Source: Balanoglossus misakiensis
Lineage: Eukaryota; Animalia; Hemichordata
Assembly: GCA_040954595.2 (NCBI GenBank)
Contig: CM082585.2
Coordinates: forward strand, 758,814 to 822,813
Direction: 5' to 3'
DNA length: 64,000 bases
Part shown: one piece after another, positions 11,110-23,000 of the stretch
Layout of the letters: each line of letters opens with the position of its first letter
Position numbering within the stretch: the first letter of the stretch is position 1
The notes under the pieces: model-generated
Told to the model about the DNA's origin: nothing
Seen by the model: the letters and a program-made list of their open reading frames with translations, nothing else
Database searches by the model: none
Position numbers and translations under genes: made by a program

Positions 11110-11400
11110 AGGGACATGATACAAGACACCGTTTATGTTAGTGAATGAACGTTCAACCACACACAACTTCCATCCCGCTTGTATGATACGAGAGTAAAAA
11201 CTCGCCCGAAATGAATAAATGGTAGAGACCGTTTATTCATTTTGGCGACTTTTTAAAACTCTCGTGTCTATACAAGCGGAGTGGAAGGTGTGTATGGTTG
11301 AACGCTGATTCACTATATCCACATGTAGAATAATATAAACGCAGTCTTGTATCAAACATAATTAATGGAAAAAGGGCAGCGAGAGAGAGACTTTGTCCCT
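11110..11400. mobile_element. Palindromic MITE, TTAA-flanked (Kolobok-like termini)
   Basis: TTAA|AGGGACA...TGTCCCT|TTAA, with long imperfect inverted arms around a TGGTAGAGACCG centre. Confidence 0.75.
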
Positions 11401-12219
11401 TTAATGAATACAGCCACAATGTTCTGTTTATATCTACTGACGGACCAGGCATGGATTGTCACGTATAATTCTTTGAAACGTTTGGTCCTCTGAAGAAATC
11501 TGAGCACTCATCTACTCAGTTTGCTTATTTTGTCTTCCTCCACCAGTCAGTGGTATCGTCCGATTTGATACTCCACTCTAAGCCTCTTTCTGAATGGCTC
11601 TTTAAGTTGTGATCTGTAAGTCTTAAACCTTTCATCACCCCCCGTTTCCTCTTTAGAGGTCCAACATTACCATAGAAAACAATTGGTTTTGACTGAACCA
11701 TGTTGGTGAAAGGGCTAGGGTCAATTCAACTTACCTTCTGGACATTCATATTTCACAAAGGGTGTTCCAAACAGTGCTCCAAGATCCAATTGCTGTTACA
11801 AATAAACAATAAGTTAGCTGCCAGTACACTCAATGATGTACGCGCAGAACGTCAACTGGTAAACTGTGCGCCTGTGTCTCTTCCCATAGGAGTACATGGA
11901 GAATAGTTAGAAAACTCCCTTCTACTATTGTCATTTTCATGAAATTTTACACATAGCTCCGACAAATCAAAATAAATTCACCACGGTCTATTTTGAGATA
12001 AACTTTGTTCAATATTGTATCCATAGGCAAACCATTGGTAGAAAATGCTGACCGTCAGCAGTTTTCTTCAATTATCGACTAAATTCACGGCCTTGTTTAA
12101 AGTCGAAAACAAGTGCAGTGACCCAAAATGGATTTTCATTATACATACAAATCAGAAACGAAAATCCACGATTAAAAGAAATGACAATGCTTTAAATTTT
12201 ACTGATCGTACATCCTTAA

Positions 12220-12539
12220 CTCGCTGCCCTTTTCCATGTTTGATACAAAACACCGTTTATGTTAATGTAAATGTGGATATATAGTGATGCAACGTTCAAC
12301 CGCGCACACCTTCCATCCCGCATGTAGACACGAGAGCGAAAACTCGCCAAACTGAAAAATCGGTCTCTACCATTTATTCATTTTGGGCGAGTTTTTACTC
12401 TCATATCATACAAGCAGGATGGAAGTTGTGTGTGGTTGAACGTTCATTCACTACATATACACATGCCCATTAATATAAACGGTGTCTTGTATCAAACATA
12501 ATTAATAGAAAAGGGCGACGGGAGAGAGAGTTTGCCCCT
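12220..12539. mobile_element. Second copy of the same palindromic MITE family, centre inverted, left end truncated
   Basis: Shares arms (TGATACAA..CACCGTTTAT, CGTTCAACC, CTTCCATCC). Centre CGGTCTCTACCA is the reverse complement of the first copy's centre. TTAA on both sides. Confidence 0.75.
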
Positions 12540-13280
12540 TTAAGGCGACATGATGCATGAAGTGGCGAGAGATAAACGAGACTGACCACCGCATTAAACA
12601 CTGTCAAGCAAGGCACTTCAAATGCCAATTGTTTAAGTGTGTACTAAGTAATAGCTTCATGTACCATGTCCTGGGGGGGGGGGGAGGGGTCAAATCACAA
12701 CAGTTGGACATGTACGAATATGAAGAGACGATATCAGTTTTTTCATGTCTTCCTTTAGTAAACAATCTTTTTTGAACTTTGTATAGAATTCATTGAACTT
12801 TACTTTAGCTTATGAACTCTCATTTGCACATCGTCATCTTGAAATTGTGTCGACTTTATCATAAGGTTTTTATAACTCAACTAGGTCACAAAACCTATTT
12901 AAGTTAGTGAGAATAGGACGTTCACCTTTTGGGTTGATGGCTACAGACGTTAATCCTGACTCATACACATGTTGCAGCCAGTATACTCTGCAGACATTGG
13001 ACACAATAGTTTTACGAACCATTAAATTTTATTGGACCATCAAGTTTATTGACCCATGACGTTCATATAGATTTTATGACACGACTGACGCTATAATCGG
13101 TCCATACCTTCGGCGAGCCAAGTGTTTTATAACGTCATAAGATATTAATACCTATCACCCAGTCAAACGATTTCAAGTTATACAATTTCCACGCCAATAG
13201 GACGCCTTTATGGGGAAATGCAACCAGGTATCCTGAATAGGAAAATATTCCGGGTATCTGTCAAGTTTAGTCCCATATTT

Positions 13281-16200
13281 AGGGGACCAAGAGCCCTCAG
13301 GCGCTTGGTCCCCTTCTGTTATTGCTGGAGTTTGTCTTCTTTCTTCTTGAGTCGTTTTTTGCGCCCGTTTTTCTCTGAAATTCCGGCAGGTGCGCCTTCC
13401 AAATTTGGCACGGTGGTTGGGGCCCATAGTACTGGTGCACCTGCCCTTTGAATTTGTAATTAGTCACGTGACTTTGTTGCTATAATCGAGCGAAATTTTC
13501 AAATTGACCTAATTTGCACGTTAATGGGGGCATGTACATTCTTTTCGCGATTTTTGTAGACCATGTGGCCAAAATCCCCTGTGCCAAATTTCAAGGTCCT
13601 AGGCCACGTCGATTTTGAGAAGAAGATTTTTGTAATATATTTTTTTTTTTTGGTGGGCTGAGGACGGACACTGGGGCATCGGACTTTGACGGTCATTACG
13701 TTATGTTGTGGAGATCTCATTAGCAGGCTACTCACTTCTGGCGGGTTGCAGTAGTCCTTGGAAAATCGGCTGAAATACGTAAACAGACCAGTGATTATTT
13801 TCCACGGAATGAATTTTGGGACAACACATTATCGGAGTTCAGGCTGTGTTAGGGCGTTTTATTGAATTACGCTGAGTTTGGATTGACCACTGTGTTACCA
13901 CTGAAATTTCTCATAGCAATGTTCTTTCAATTTCGAGTCTTTGCAATGTTGTTGACTCCGACCATATTCCTGTTTCAATAGAGGTTCATTTTAACACTTC
14001 TGCTGATGAAAGCTTCAGCAGTAGTTCCTTCAAGCAATGTAATTTTCGAGTTGATTGGAAAAAATTGTCACAGCAGAATATATCCGCCTACACCGGTTGT
14101 ACCAAAGCCAAGATTGATAAGATTAATTTATCCGAAGAGTTATTCTGCACTAATGTGAACTGTACAGACCCTTCGCATTTACAGGCAATTGATACTTGTT
14201 ATAGTAGTATTGTGGACGCATTGAATTGTGCTGCAAAAGATACCATTAGGCGTAAGTTTCACCAGAAAGTTAATGTTGTGCCTGGCTGGAACGATTTTGT
14301 AAAAGAAAGTCACGACTATGCCCGTTCCATGTTTTTATTATGGGTTAATGTGGGTAAACCTAAACAAGGCCCGCTTTTTGAAACCATGAAATCTTCCAGA
14401 GCTCGTTTTTAGTATGCTTTACGTGCTTGTAAAGAGATTGAGAATCAAAATAGGGCTGACAAGATGGCTGACAATTTACGCTGCCACAAACAGAACGACT
14501 TCTGGAAGGAAGTCAGAAAGCAAACTAGCAGAAAAACGCCGCTTTCTGACACTGTAGGTGGAGCGACTGGTGAGAGTGAAATTGCAATTATGTGGCACAA
14601 GCATTTCAGTGATATTTTGAATTCTGTCCAGGCTCAGACTGGTAAAAATGACATCGAGGAGAAAATGAAGTATGTTAAATTTTCTTCTGATATGTATGTT
14701 TCTGAAGACGAAGTAATTTCTGCTATACATAAGTTACCTGACGGTAAGACAGCTGGCATTGACAATATTTTAGCTGAGCACCTCAAATTCTCAGACTCCT
14801 CTATTTTACCCTTTTTGACTTGTTGTATTAATGCAATGATTGTTCATGGTTACCTGCCAACTGAGGCTATCAATGTTATTTTAGTTCCAATTATTAAGGA
14901 TAAAAGTAAGCTTTGTAGTGATGCCAGTAACTACCGGCCGATAGCACTAGCAACTGTTTTCTCTAAAGTTTTTGAGCATATTTTACTTTCTCGTTGTGAG
15001 GAGTTTCTTACCTCTCATTATTTTCAATTTGGTTTCAAGCGAGAACATTCAACTGACCTGTGTTTATTTGCATTTAAAGAAATCATTAGCTACTACACCA
15101 GCAATGGAAGACCAGTGTTTACTTGTTTTCTGGATGCTTCAAAAGCTTTTGACAGAGTTAATCACTTTAAACTGGTTATAATTAACAAGCACATCGACAG
15201 GAATGTTCCCTTGTATGCTGTACGAATTTTATATTAATGGTACAGAAATCAATTGTTTACTGTGTTGTGGGGTAATGAAACCTCAGAGTTGTTTTCTGTT
15301 TCTAACGGTGTAAGACAAGGGGGAGTACTCTCGCCCTATCTTTTTAATGTCTACATTGATGATATTATCAATGCACTCTGTAAAGCCAAAGTTGGCTGTA
15401 CCATGTGTGGTGTCAGCGCTAACATTTTAGGTTACGCTGACGACATGACTTTACTCAGTCCAAGTATTAAGGGTCTACGCCGTCTTCTTAGAATTTGTGA
15501 AATTTATGGCAAGGATTATGATATCATTTATAATTCTAGTAAAACTGTGTGCATGCTTTTTAATGGGAAGAATATGAGCGTTCAAAGAATTCCTTCGGTT
15601 AAACTTAATGACATCACTTTAAAGTTTGTACCTGTACACACCTATCTGGGCCATGTTATATCTTGTGATGGTTGTGATAATGAAGATATTGAACGACAGA
15701 GAAGAGCATTTTGTGTAAGAGCAAACATGCTATTGAGACATTTTCAACATTGTAGTCAAGATGTGAAGAAAGTTTTATTTTTGGCATATTGTAGTAATAT
15801 TTACTGTTGCAGTTTGTGGGCATCCTTTAAAGTTAAACCGATGAAAAAATTTAAAACTATGTACAATAATGTTTGGAGAAGACTTCTCGGTCTTCCGCCA
15901 TTTTGCTGTGCATCGGGTATGTTTGCTACAAACCATGTACATGTATTGTCACTTGGTGAAGTTTTTAGACGCAATATGTACAGTTTTAAGCGTAGACTCG
16001 AAAATTCTTCTAATGTTTTACTTGATGCGATCTGTTCATCAGATAGAGCGACTGACAGCATATTTTTTCAAACATTGGCGAAAGCAATTGTATATTATGT
16101 AAGTTTTTTTGTGTGTGTGTCTCAGTTTCAGATTTTTATTATTGTTTTTTTTCTTCTCTGTTTTGGGTATATGGACTTTTTTTAAAGTTTGAAATAAAGA

Positions 16201-17097
16201 ATCATTATTATTTGTTAGCTGTTGCCATTCAAATGTGTCTACGCAAACCCGGCTACACTGGCAGTGGGCTTTGACTCTAAGTCGCTAATGTTGTGGGAGG
16301 TTTCATTAGCATTGTAGTCACATGTAGTGGATAGTAGTTTGGGAAATTGCCTGAAATACGTCAGCAGACCAGTGATTTTCTTGCACGAAGGGAGTATGGT
16401 ACCAGCAATAATCAGAGATCAGGCTTCGTTGCCGTTCAAAAGTTCCTACTTCAGTCGTGATGTTGCAACTGGACGTTCAGTATGGGGGTCGGCCCGCAGG
16501 TGGCCGTGTGGGTTATCAGGTCGCCCGTAACGGCACGCAGCTACATGCAGCTGTATGGGACCAAAATAATACACCCGATTCGGGGGTCACCTGTGACACC
16601 TGCATAACTCAATAATTATGTGCATGCGTAATTGTGGGGTCAATGAAAGGGGTGGTAGCGTGGTATTTGTTGCACATGGATCAATATGAAGTCCGATTTT
16701 CCCGTCAAGTTGTGGGCGACCTTATGTGACCTTTCACCTACTTTTGCTTAGTGAGCATCCACAGAAGATGCATGCAGCTTTGGCTTGGGGGGGGGGGGGC
16801 ATATACGGATGGGACCATAATGATATACCAAAGGCGGGGTCACCTGTTGCACCTGCCTAAGTGATTGATTTTGTACATTTAATTGGACACTAACCAACAG
16901 GGCGATAGGTGTGGTTTTTGTTCCACAGGGACGAATGTAAGTGTCAGTTGGTTTTTGCCCAAATGTATCAGGTGATTTTGATGACCTCTGTCATACAGTA
17001 CCATGTCTCATCCCGTTGTACAGGTGCAGCTTTGGTATTTGGAGGGATGAAACTATCATGAAATGCCAAATACAGGGGGATACCTTTGACACCTGCT
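13281..17097 (+). mobile_element. Helentron/HINE (DINE-like) non-autonomous element, 3'-truncated by the satellite, with nested LINE
   Basis: Starts after a T run with hairpin GGGGACCAAG..CTTGGTCCCC, then a TTC-rich tract and internal diverged tandem repeats. The complete paralog is 56979-62730. Confidence 0.65.
13876..16213 (+). mobile_element. 5'-truncated non-LTR retrotransposon (APE-RT ORF2; RTE-group, possibly Proto2/RTEX-like), pseudogenised
   Basis: One frame runs WIDHC/DSDHIP (APE end), NYRPIAL, QFGFK, FLDASKAFDRV, GVRQGGVLSP, YADD, with stops at 14410 and 15235. AATAAA at 16193 is followed by an (ATT)n tail. Clade call is tentative. Confidence 0.9.
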
Positions 17098-20000
17098 ATG
17101 ATTTTTTTCAAAAATCGATGAAATTTTGAGATTTTGCAAAGTCGAAAATTTGTCATTTTTTGATGATTTTCCCCCCATGTTTTTTTTTCAAAAATCGACG
17201 AAATTTTGAGATTTTGCAGTCAAAAATTTGTCATTTTTTGATGATTTTCACCCATATTATTTTTCAAAAACCGACGAAATTTTGAGATTTTGCAAAGACG
17301 AAAATTTGTCATTTTTTGATGATTTTCACCCATGATTTTTTCAAAAATTGACGAAATTTTGAGAATTTGCAAAGTCGAAAATTTGTCATTTTTTGATGAT
17401 TTTCACCCATGATTTTTTTCAAGAATCGACGAAATGTTGAGATTTTGCAAAATCGAAAATTTGTCATTTTTTGATGATTTTCACCCATGATTTTTTCAAA
17501 AATCGACGAAATGTAGAGATTTTGCAGTCGAAAATTTGTCATTTTTTGATGATTTTTACCCATGATTTTTTTTCAAAAATGGACGAAATTTTGAGCTTTT
17601 GCAAAGTCGAAAATTTGTCATTTTTTGATGATTTTCACCTATGATTTTTTTCAAAAATCGACGAAATGTTGAGATTTTGCAGTCAAAAATTTGTCATTTT
17701 TTGATGATTTTCACCCATATTATTTTTCAAAAATCGACGAAATTTTGAGATTTTGCAAAGTCGAAAATTTGTCATTTTTTGATGATTTTCACCCATGATT
17801 TTTTTTTCACAAATCGATGAAATTTTCAGATTTTGCAAAGACGAAAATTTGTAATTTTTTGATGATTTTCACCATGATTTTTTTTCAAAAATCGACGAAC
17901 CCATAATTTTTTTCAAAATCGACGAAATTTTGAGATTTTGCAAAGTCGAAAATTTGTCATTTTTTGATGATTTTCACCCATGATTTTTTTCAAAAATCGA
18001 CGAAATTTTAAGATTTTGCAAAGTCGAAAATTTGTCATTTTTTGATGATTTTCACCTGTTTTTTTTTAAAAATCGACGAACCCATGATTTTTTTCAAAAT
18101 CGACGAAATTTTGAGATTTTGCATAATCGAAAATGTGTCATTTTTTGATGATTTTCACCCATTATTTTTTTTCAAAAATCGACGAAATTTTGAGATTTTG
18201 CATAATCGAAAATGTGTCATTTTTTGATGATTTTCACCCATGATTTTTTTTCAAAAATCGACGAAATTTTGAGATTTTGCAAAGTCGAAAATTTGTCATT
18301 TTTTGATGATTTTCACCCATGTTTTTTTTAAAAAATCGACGAACCTATGATTTTTTTCAAAATCGACGAAATTTTGTGATTTTACAAAGTCGAAAATTTT
18401 GTCATTTTTTGATGATTTTCAACCATGATTTTTTTTCAAAAATCGACGAAAATTTGAGATTTTGCAAAGACGAAAATTTGTCATTTTTGATGATTTTTAC
18501 CCATGATTTTTTTTCAAAAATGGACGAAATTTTGAGATTTTGCAAAGACGAAAATTTGTCATTTTTTGATGATTTTCACCCATGATTTTGTTTCAAAAAT
18601 CGACGAACCCATAATTTTTTTCAAAATCGACGAAATTTTGAGATTTTGCAAAGTCGAAAATTTGTCATTTTTTGATGATTTTCACCCATGATTTTTTTCA
18701 AAAATCGACGAAATTTTAAGATTTTGCAAAGTCGAAAATTTGTCATTTTTTGATGATTTTCACCTGTTTTTTTTTAAAAATCGACGAACCCATGATTTTT
18801 TTCAAAATCGACGAAATTTTGAGATTTTGCATAATCGAAAATGTGTCATTTTTTGATGATTTTCACCCATGATTTTTTTTCAAAAATCGACGAAATTTTG
18901 AGATTTTGCAGTCAAAAATTTGTCATTTTTTGATGATTTTCACCCATATTATTTTTCAAAAACCGACGAAATTTTGAGATTTTGCAAAGTCGAAAATTTG
19001 TCATTTTTTGATGATTTTCACCCATGATTTTTTTTCACAAATCGATGAAATTTTCAGATTTTGCAAAGACGAAAATTTGTAATTTTTTGATGATTTTCAC
19101 CCATGATTTTTTTCAAAAATCGACGAAATTTTAAGATTTTGCAAAGTCGAAAATTTGTCATTTTTTGATGATTTTCACCTGTTTTTTTTTAAAAATCGAC
19201 GAACCCATGATTTTTTTCAAAATCGACGAAATTTTGAGATTTTGCATAATCGAAAATGTGTCATTTTTTGATGATTTTCACCCATTATTTTTTTTCAAAA
19301 ATCGACGAAATTTTGAGATTTTGCATAATCGAAAATGTGTCATTTTTTGATGATTTTCCCCCATGATTTTTTTTCAAAAATCGACGAAATTTTGAGATTT
19401 TGCAAAGTCGAAAATTTGTCATTTTTTGATGATTTTCACCCATGTTTTTTTTAAAAAATCGACGAACCTATGATTTTTTTCAAAATCGACGAAATTTTGT
19501 GATTTTACAAAGTCGAAAATTTTGTCATTTTTTGATGATTTTCAACCATGATTTTTTTTCAAAAATCGACGAAAATTTGAGATTTTGCAAAGACGAAAAT
19601 TTGTCATTTTTGATGATTTTTACCCATGATTTTTTTTCAAAAATGGACGAAATTTTGAGATTTTGCAAAGACGAAAATTTGTCATTTTTTGATGATTTTC
19701 ACCCATGATTTTGTTTCAAAAATCGACGAAATTTTGAGATTTTGCAAAGTCGAAAATTTGTCATTTTTTGATGATTTTCACCAATGTTGTTTTTAAAAAA
19801 TCGACGAACCCATGATTTTTTTCAAAATCGACGAAATTTTGAGATTTTGCAAAGTCGAAAATTTGTAATTTTTGATGATTTTCAACCATTATTTTTTTTC
19901 AAAAATCGACGAAATTTTGAGATTTTGCAGTCAAAAATTTGTCATTTTTTGATGATTTTCACCCATATTATTTTTCAAAAACCGACGAAATTTTGAGATT

Positions 20001-23000
20001 TTGCAAAGTCGAAAATTTGTCATTTTTTGATGATTTTCACCCATGATTTTTTTCAAAAATCGACGAAATTTTGAGATTTTGCAAAGTCGATAATTTGTCA
20101 TTTTTTGATGATTTTCACCCATGATTTTTTTTCAAAATTGACGAAATTTTGAGATTTTGCAAAGTCGAAAATTTGTCATTTTTTGATGATTTTCACCTAT
20201 GATTTTTTTCAAAAATCGACAAAATTTTGAGATTTTGCAAAGTCGAAAATTTGTCATTTTTTGATGATTTTCACCCATGATTTTTTTCAAAAATCGACAA
20301 AATTTTGAGATTTTGCAAAGACGAAAATTTGTCATTTTCTGATGATTTTCACCATGATTTTTTTTCAAAAATCGACGAACCCATAATTTTTTTCAAAATC
20401 GACGAAATTTTGAGATTTTGCAAAGTCAAAAATTTGTCATTTTTTGATGATTTTCACCCATGATTTTTTTCAAAAATCGACGAAATTTTAAGATTTTGCA
20501 AAGTCGAAAATTTGTCATTTTTTGATGATTTTCACCTGTTTTTTTTTAAAATCGACGAACCCATGATTTTTTTCAAAATCGACAATATTTTGAGATTTTG
20601 CATAATCGAAAATGTGTCATTTTTTGATGATTTTCACCCATGATTTTTTTTCAAAAATCGACGAAATTTTGAGATATTGCATAATCGAAAATGTGTCATT
20701 TTTTGATGATTTTCACCCATGATTTTTTTTCAAAAATCGACGAAATTTTGAGATTTTGCAAAGTCGAAAATTTGTCATTTTTTGATGATTTTCACCCATG
20801 TTTTTTTTTTAATCGACGAACCTATGATTTTTTTCAAAATCGACGAAATTTTGTGATTTTGCAAAGTCGAAAATTTGTAATTTTTGATGATTTTCAACCA
20901 TTATTTTTTTTCAAAAATCGACGAAATTTTGAGATTTTGCAGTCAAAAATTTGTCATTTTTTGATGATTTTCAACCATGATTTTTTTTCAAAAATCGACG
21001 AAAATTTGAGATTTTGCAAAGACGAAAATTTGTCATTTTTGATGATTTTTACCCATGATTTTTTTTCAAAAATGGACGAAATTTTGAGATTTTGCAAAGA
21101 CGAAAATTTGTCATTTTGTGATGATTTTCACCCATGATTTTGTTTCAAAAATCGACGAAATTTTGAGATTTTGCAAAGTCGAAAATTTGTCATTTTTTGA
21201 TGATTTTCACCAATGTTGTTTTTAAAAAATCGACGAACCCATGATTTTTTTCAAAATCGACGAAATTTTGAGATTTTGCAAAGTCGAAAATTTGTAATTT
21301 TTGATGATTTTCAACCATTATTTTTTTTCAAAAATCGACGAAATTTTGAGATTTTGCAGTCAAAAATTTGTCATTTTTTGATGATTTTCACCCATATTAT
21401 TTTTCAAAAACCGACGAAATTTTGAGATTTTGCAAAGTCGAAAATTTGTCATTTTTTGATGATTTTCACCCATGATTTTTTTCAAAAATCGACGAAATTT
21501 TGAGATTTTGCAAAGTCGATAATTTGTCATTTTTTGATGATTTTCACCCATGATTTTTTTTCAAAATTGACGAAATTTTGAGATTTTGCAAAGTCGAAAA
21601 TTTGTCATTTTTTGATGATTTTCACCTATGATTTTTTTCAAAAATCGACAAAATTTTGAGATTTTGCAAAGTCGAAAATTTGTCATTTTTTGATGATTTT
21701 CACCCATGATTTTTTTCAAAAATCGACAAAATTTTGAGATTTTGCAAAGACGAAAATTTGTCATTTTCTGATGATTTTCACCATGATTTTTTTTCAAAAA
21801 TCGACGAACCCATAATTTTTTTCAAAATCGACGAAATTTTGAGATTTTGCAAAGTCAAAAATTTGTCATTTTTTGATGATTTTCACCCATGATTTTTTTC
21901 AAAAATCGACGAAATTTTAAGATTTTGCAAAGTCGAAAATTTGTCATTTTTTGATGATTTTCACCTGTTTTTTTTTAAAATCGACGAACCCATGATTTTT
22001 TTCAAAATCGACGAAATTTTGAGATTTTGCATAATCGAAAATGTGTCATTTTTTGATGATTTTCACCCATGATTTTTTTTCAAAAATCGACGAAATTTTG
22101 AGATATTGCATAATCGAAAATGTGTCATTTTTTGATGATTTTCACCCATGATTTTTTTTCAAAAATCGACGAAATTTTGAGATTTTGCAAAGTCGAAAAT
22201 TTGTCATTTTTTGATGATTTTCACCCATGTTTTTTTTTTAATCGACGAACCTATGATTTTTTTCAAAATCGACGAAATTTTGTGATTTTACAAAGTCGAA
22301 AATTTTGTCATTTTTTGATGATTTTCAACCATGATTTTTTTTCAAAAATCGACGAAAATTTGAGATTTTGCAAAGACGAAAATTTGTCATTTTTGATGAT
22401 TTTTACCCATGATTTTTTTTCAAAAATGGACGAAATTTTGAGATTTTGCAAAGTCGAAAATTTGTCATTTTTTGATGATTTTCACCCGTTTTTTTTCAAA
22501 ATTTGTCATTTTTTGATGATTTTCACCCATGATTTTTTTTTTCAGAAATCGACGAAATTTTGAGATTTTGCAAAGTCGAAAATTTGTCATTTTTTGATGA
22601 TTTTCACCAATGTTGTTTTTAAAAAATCGACGAACCCATGATTTTTTTCAAAATCGACGAAATTTTGAGATTTTGCAAAGTCGAAAATTTGTCATTTTTT
22701 GATGATTTTCAACCATTATTTTTTTTCAAAAATCGACGAAATTTTGAGATTTTGCAGTCAAAAATTTGTCATTTTTTGATGATTTTCACCCATATTATTT
22801 TTCAAAAACCGACGAAATTTTGAGATTTTGCAAAGTCGAAAATTTGTCATTTTTTGATGATTTTCACCCATGATTTTTTTCAAAAATCGACGAAATTTTG
22901 AGATTTTGCAAAGTCGATAATTTGTCATTTTTTGATGATTTTCACCCATGATTTTTTTTCAAAATTGACGAAATTTTGAGATTTTGCAAAGTCGAAAATT

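Larger units (their letters stand above)
1652..17097 (+). repeat. Segmental duplication copy A (direct repeat of 52877-62140)
   Basis: Colinear identity begins at TAAGTGGGGGCGTTT (1652 vs 52877) and ends at GATACCTTTGACACCTGCT (17097 vs 62140). Many paired near-identical ORF translations, e.g. 10415/54312, 12045/55753, 14065/57765, 16327/60197. Confidence 0.95.
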
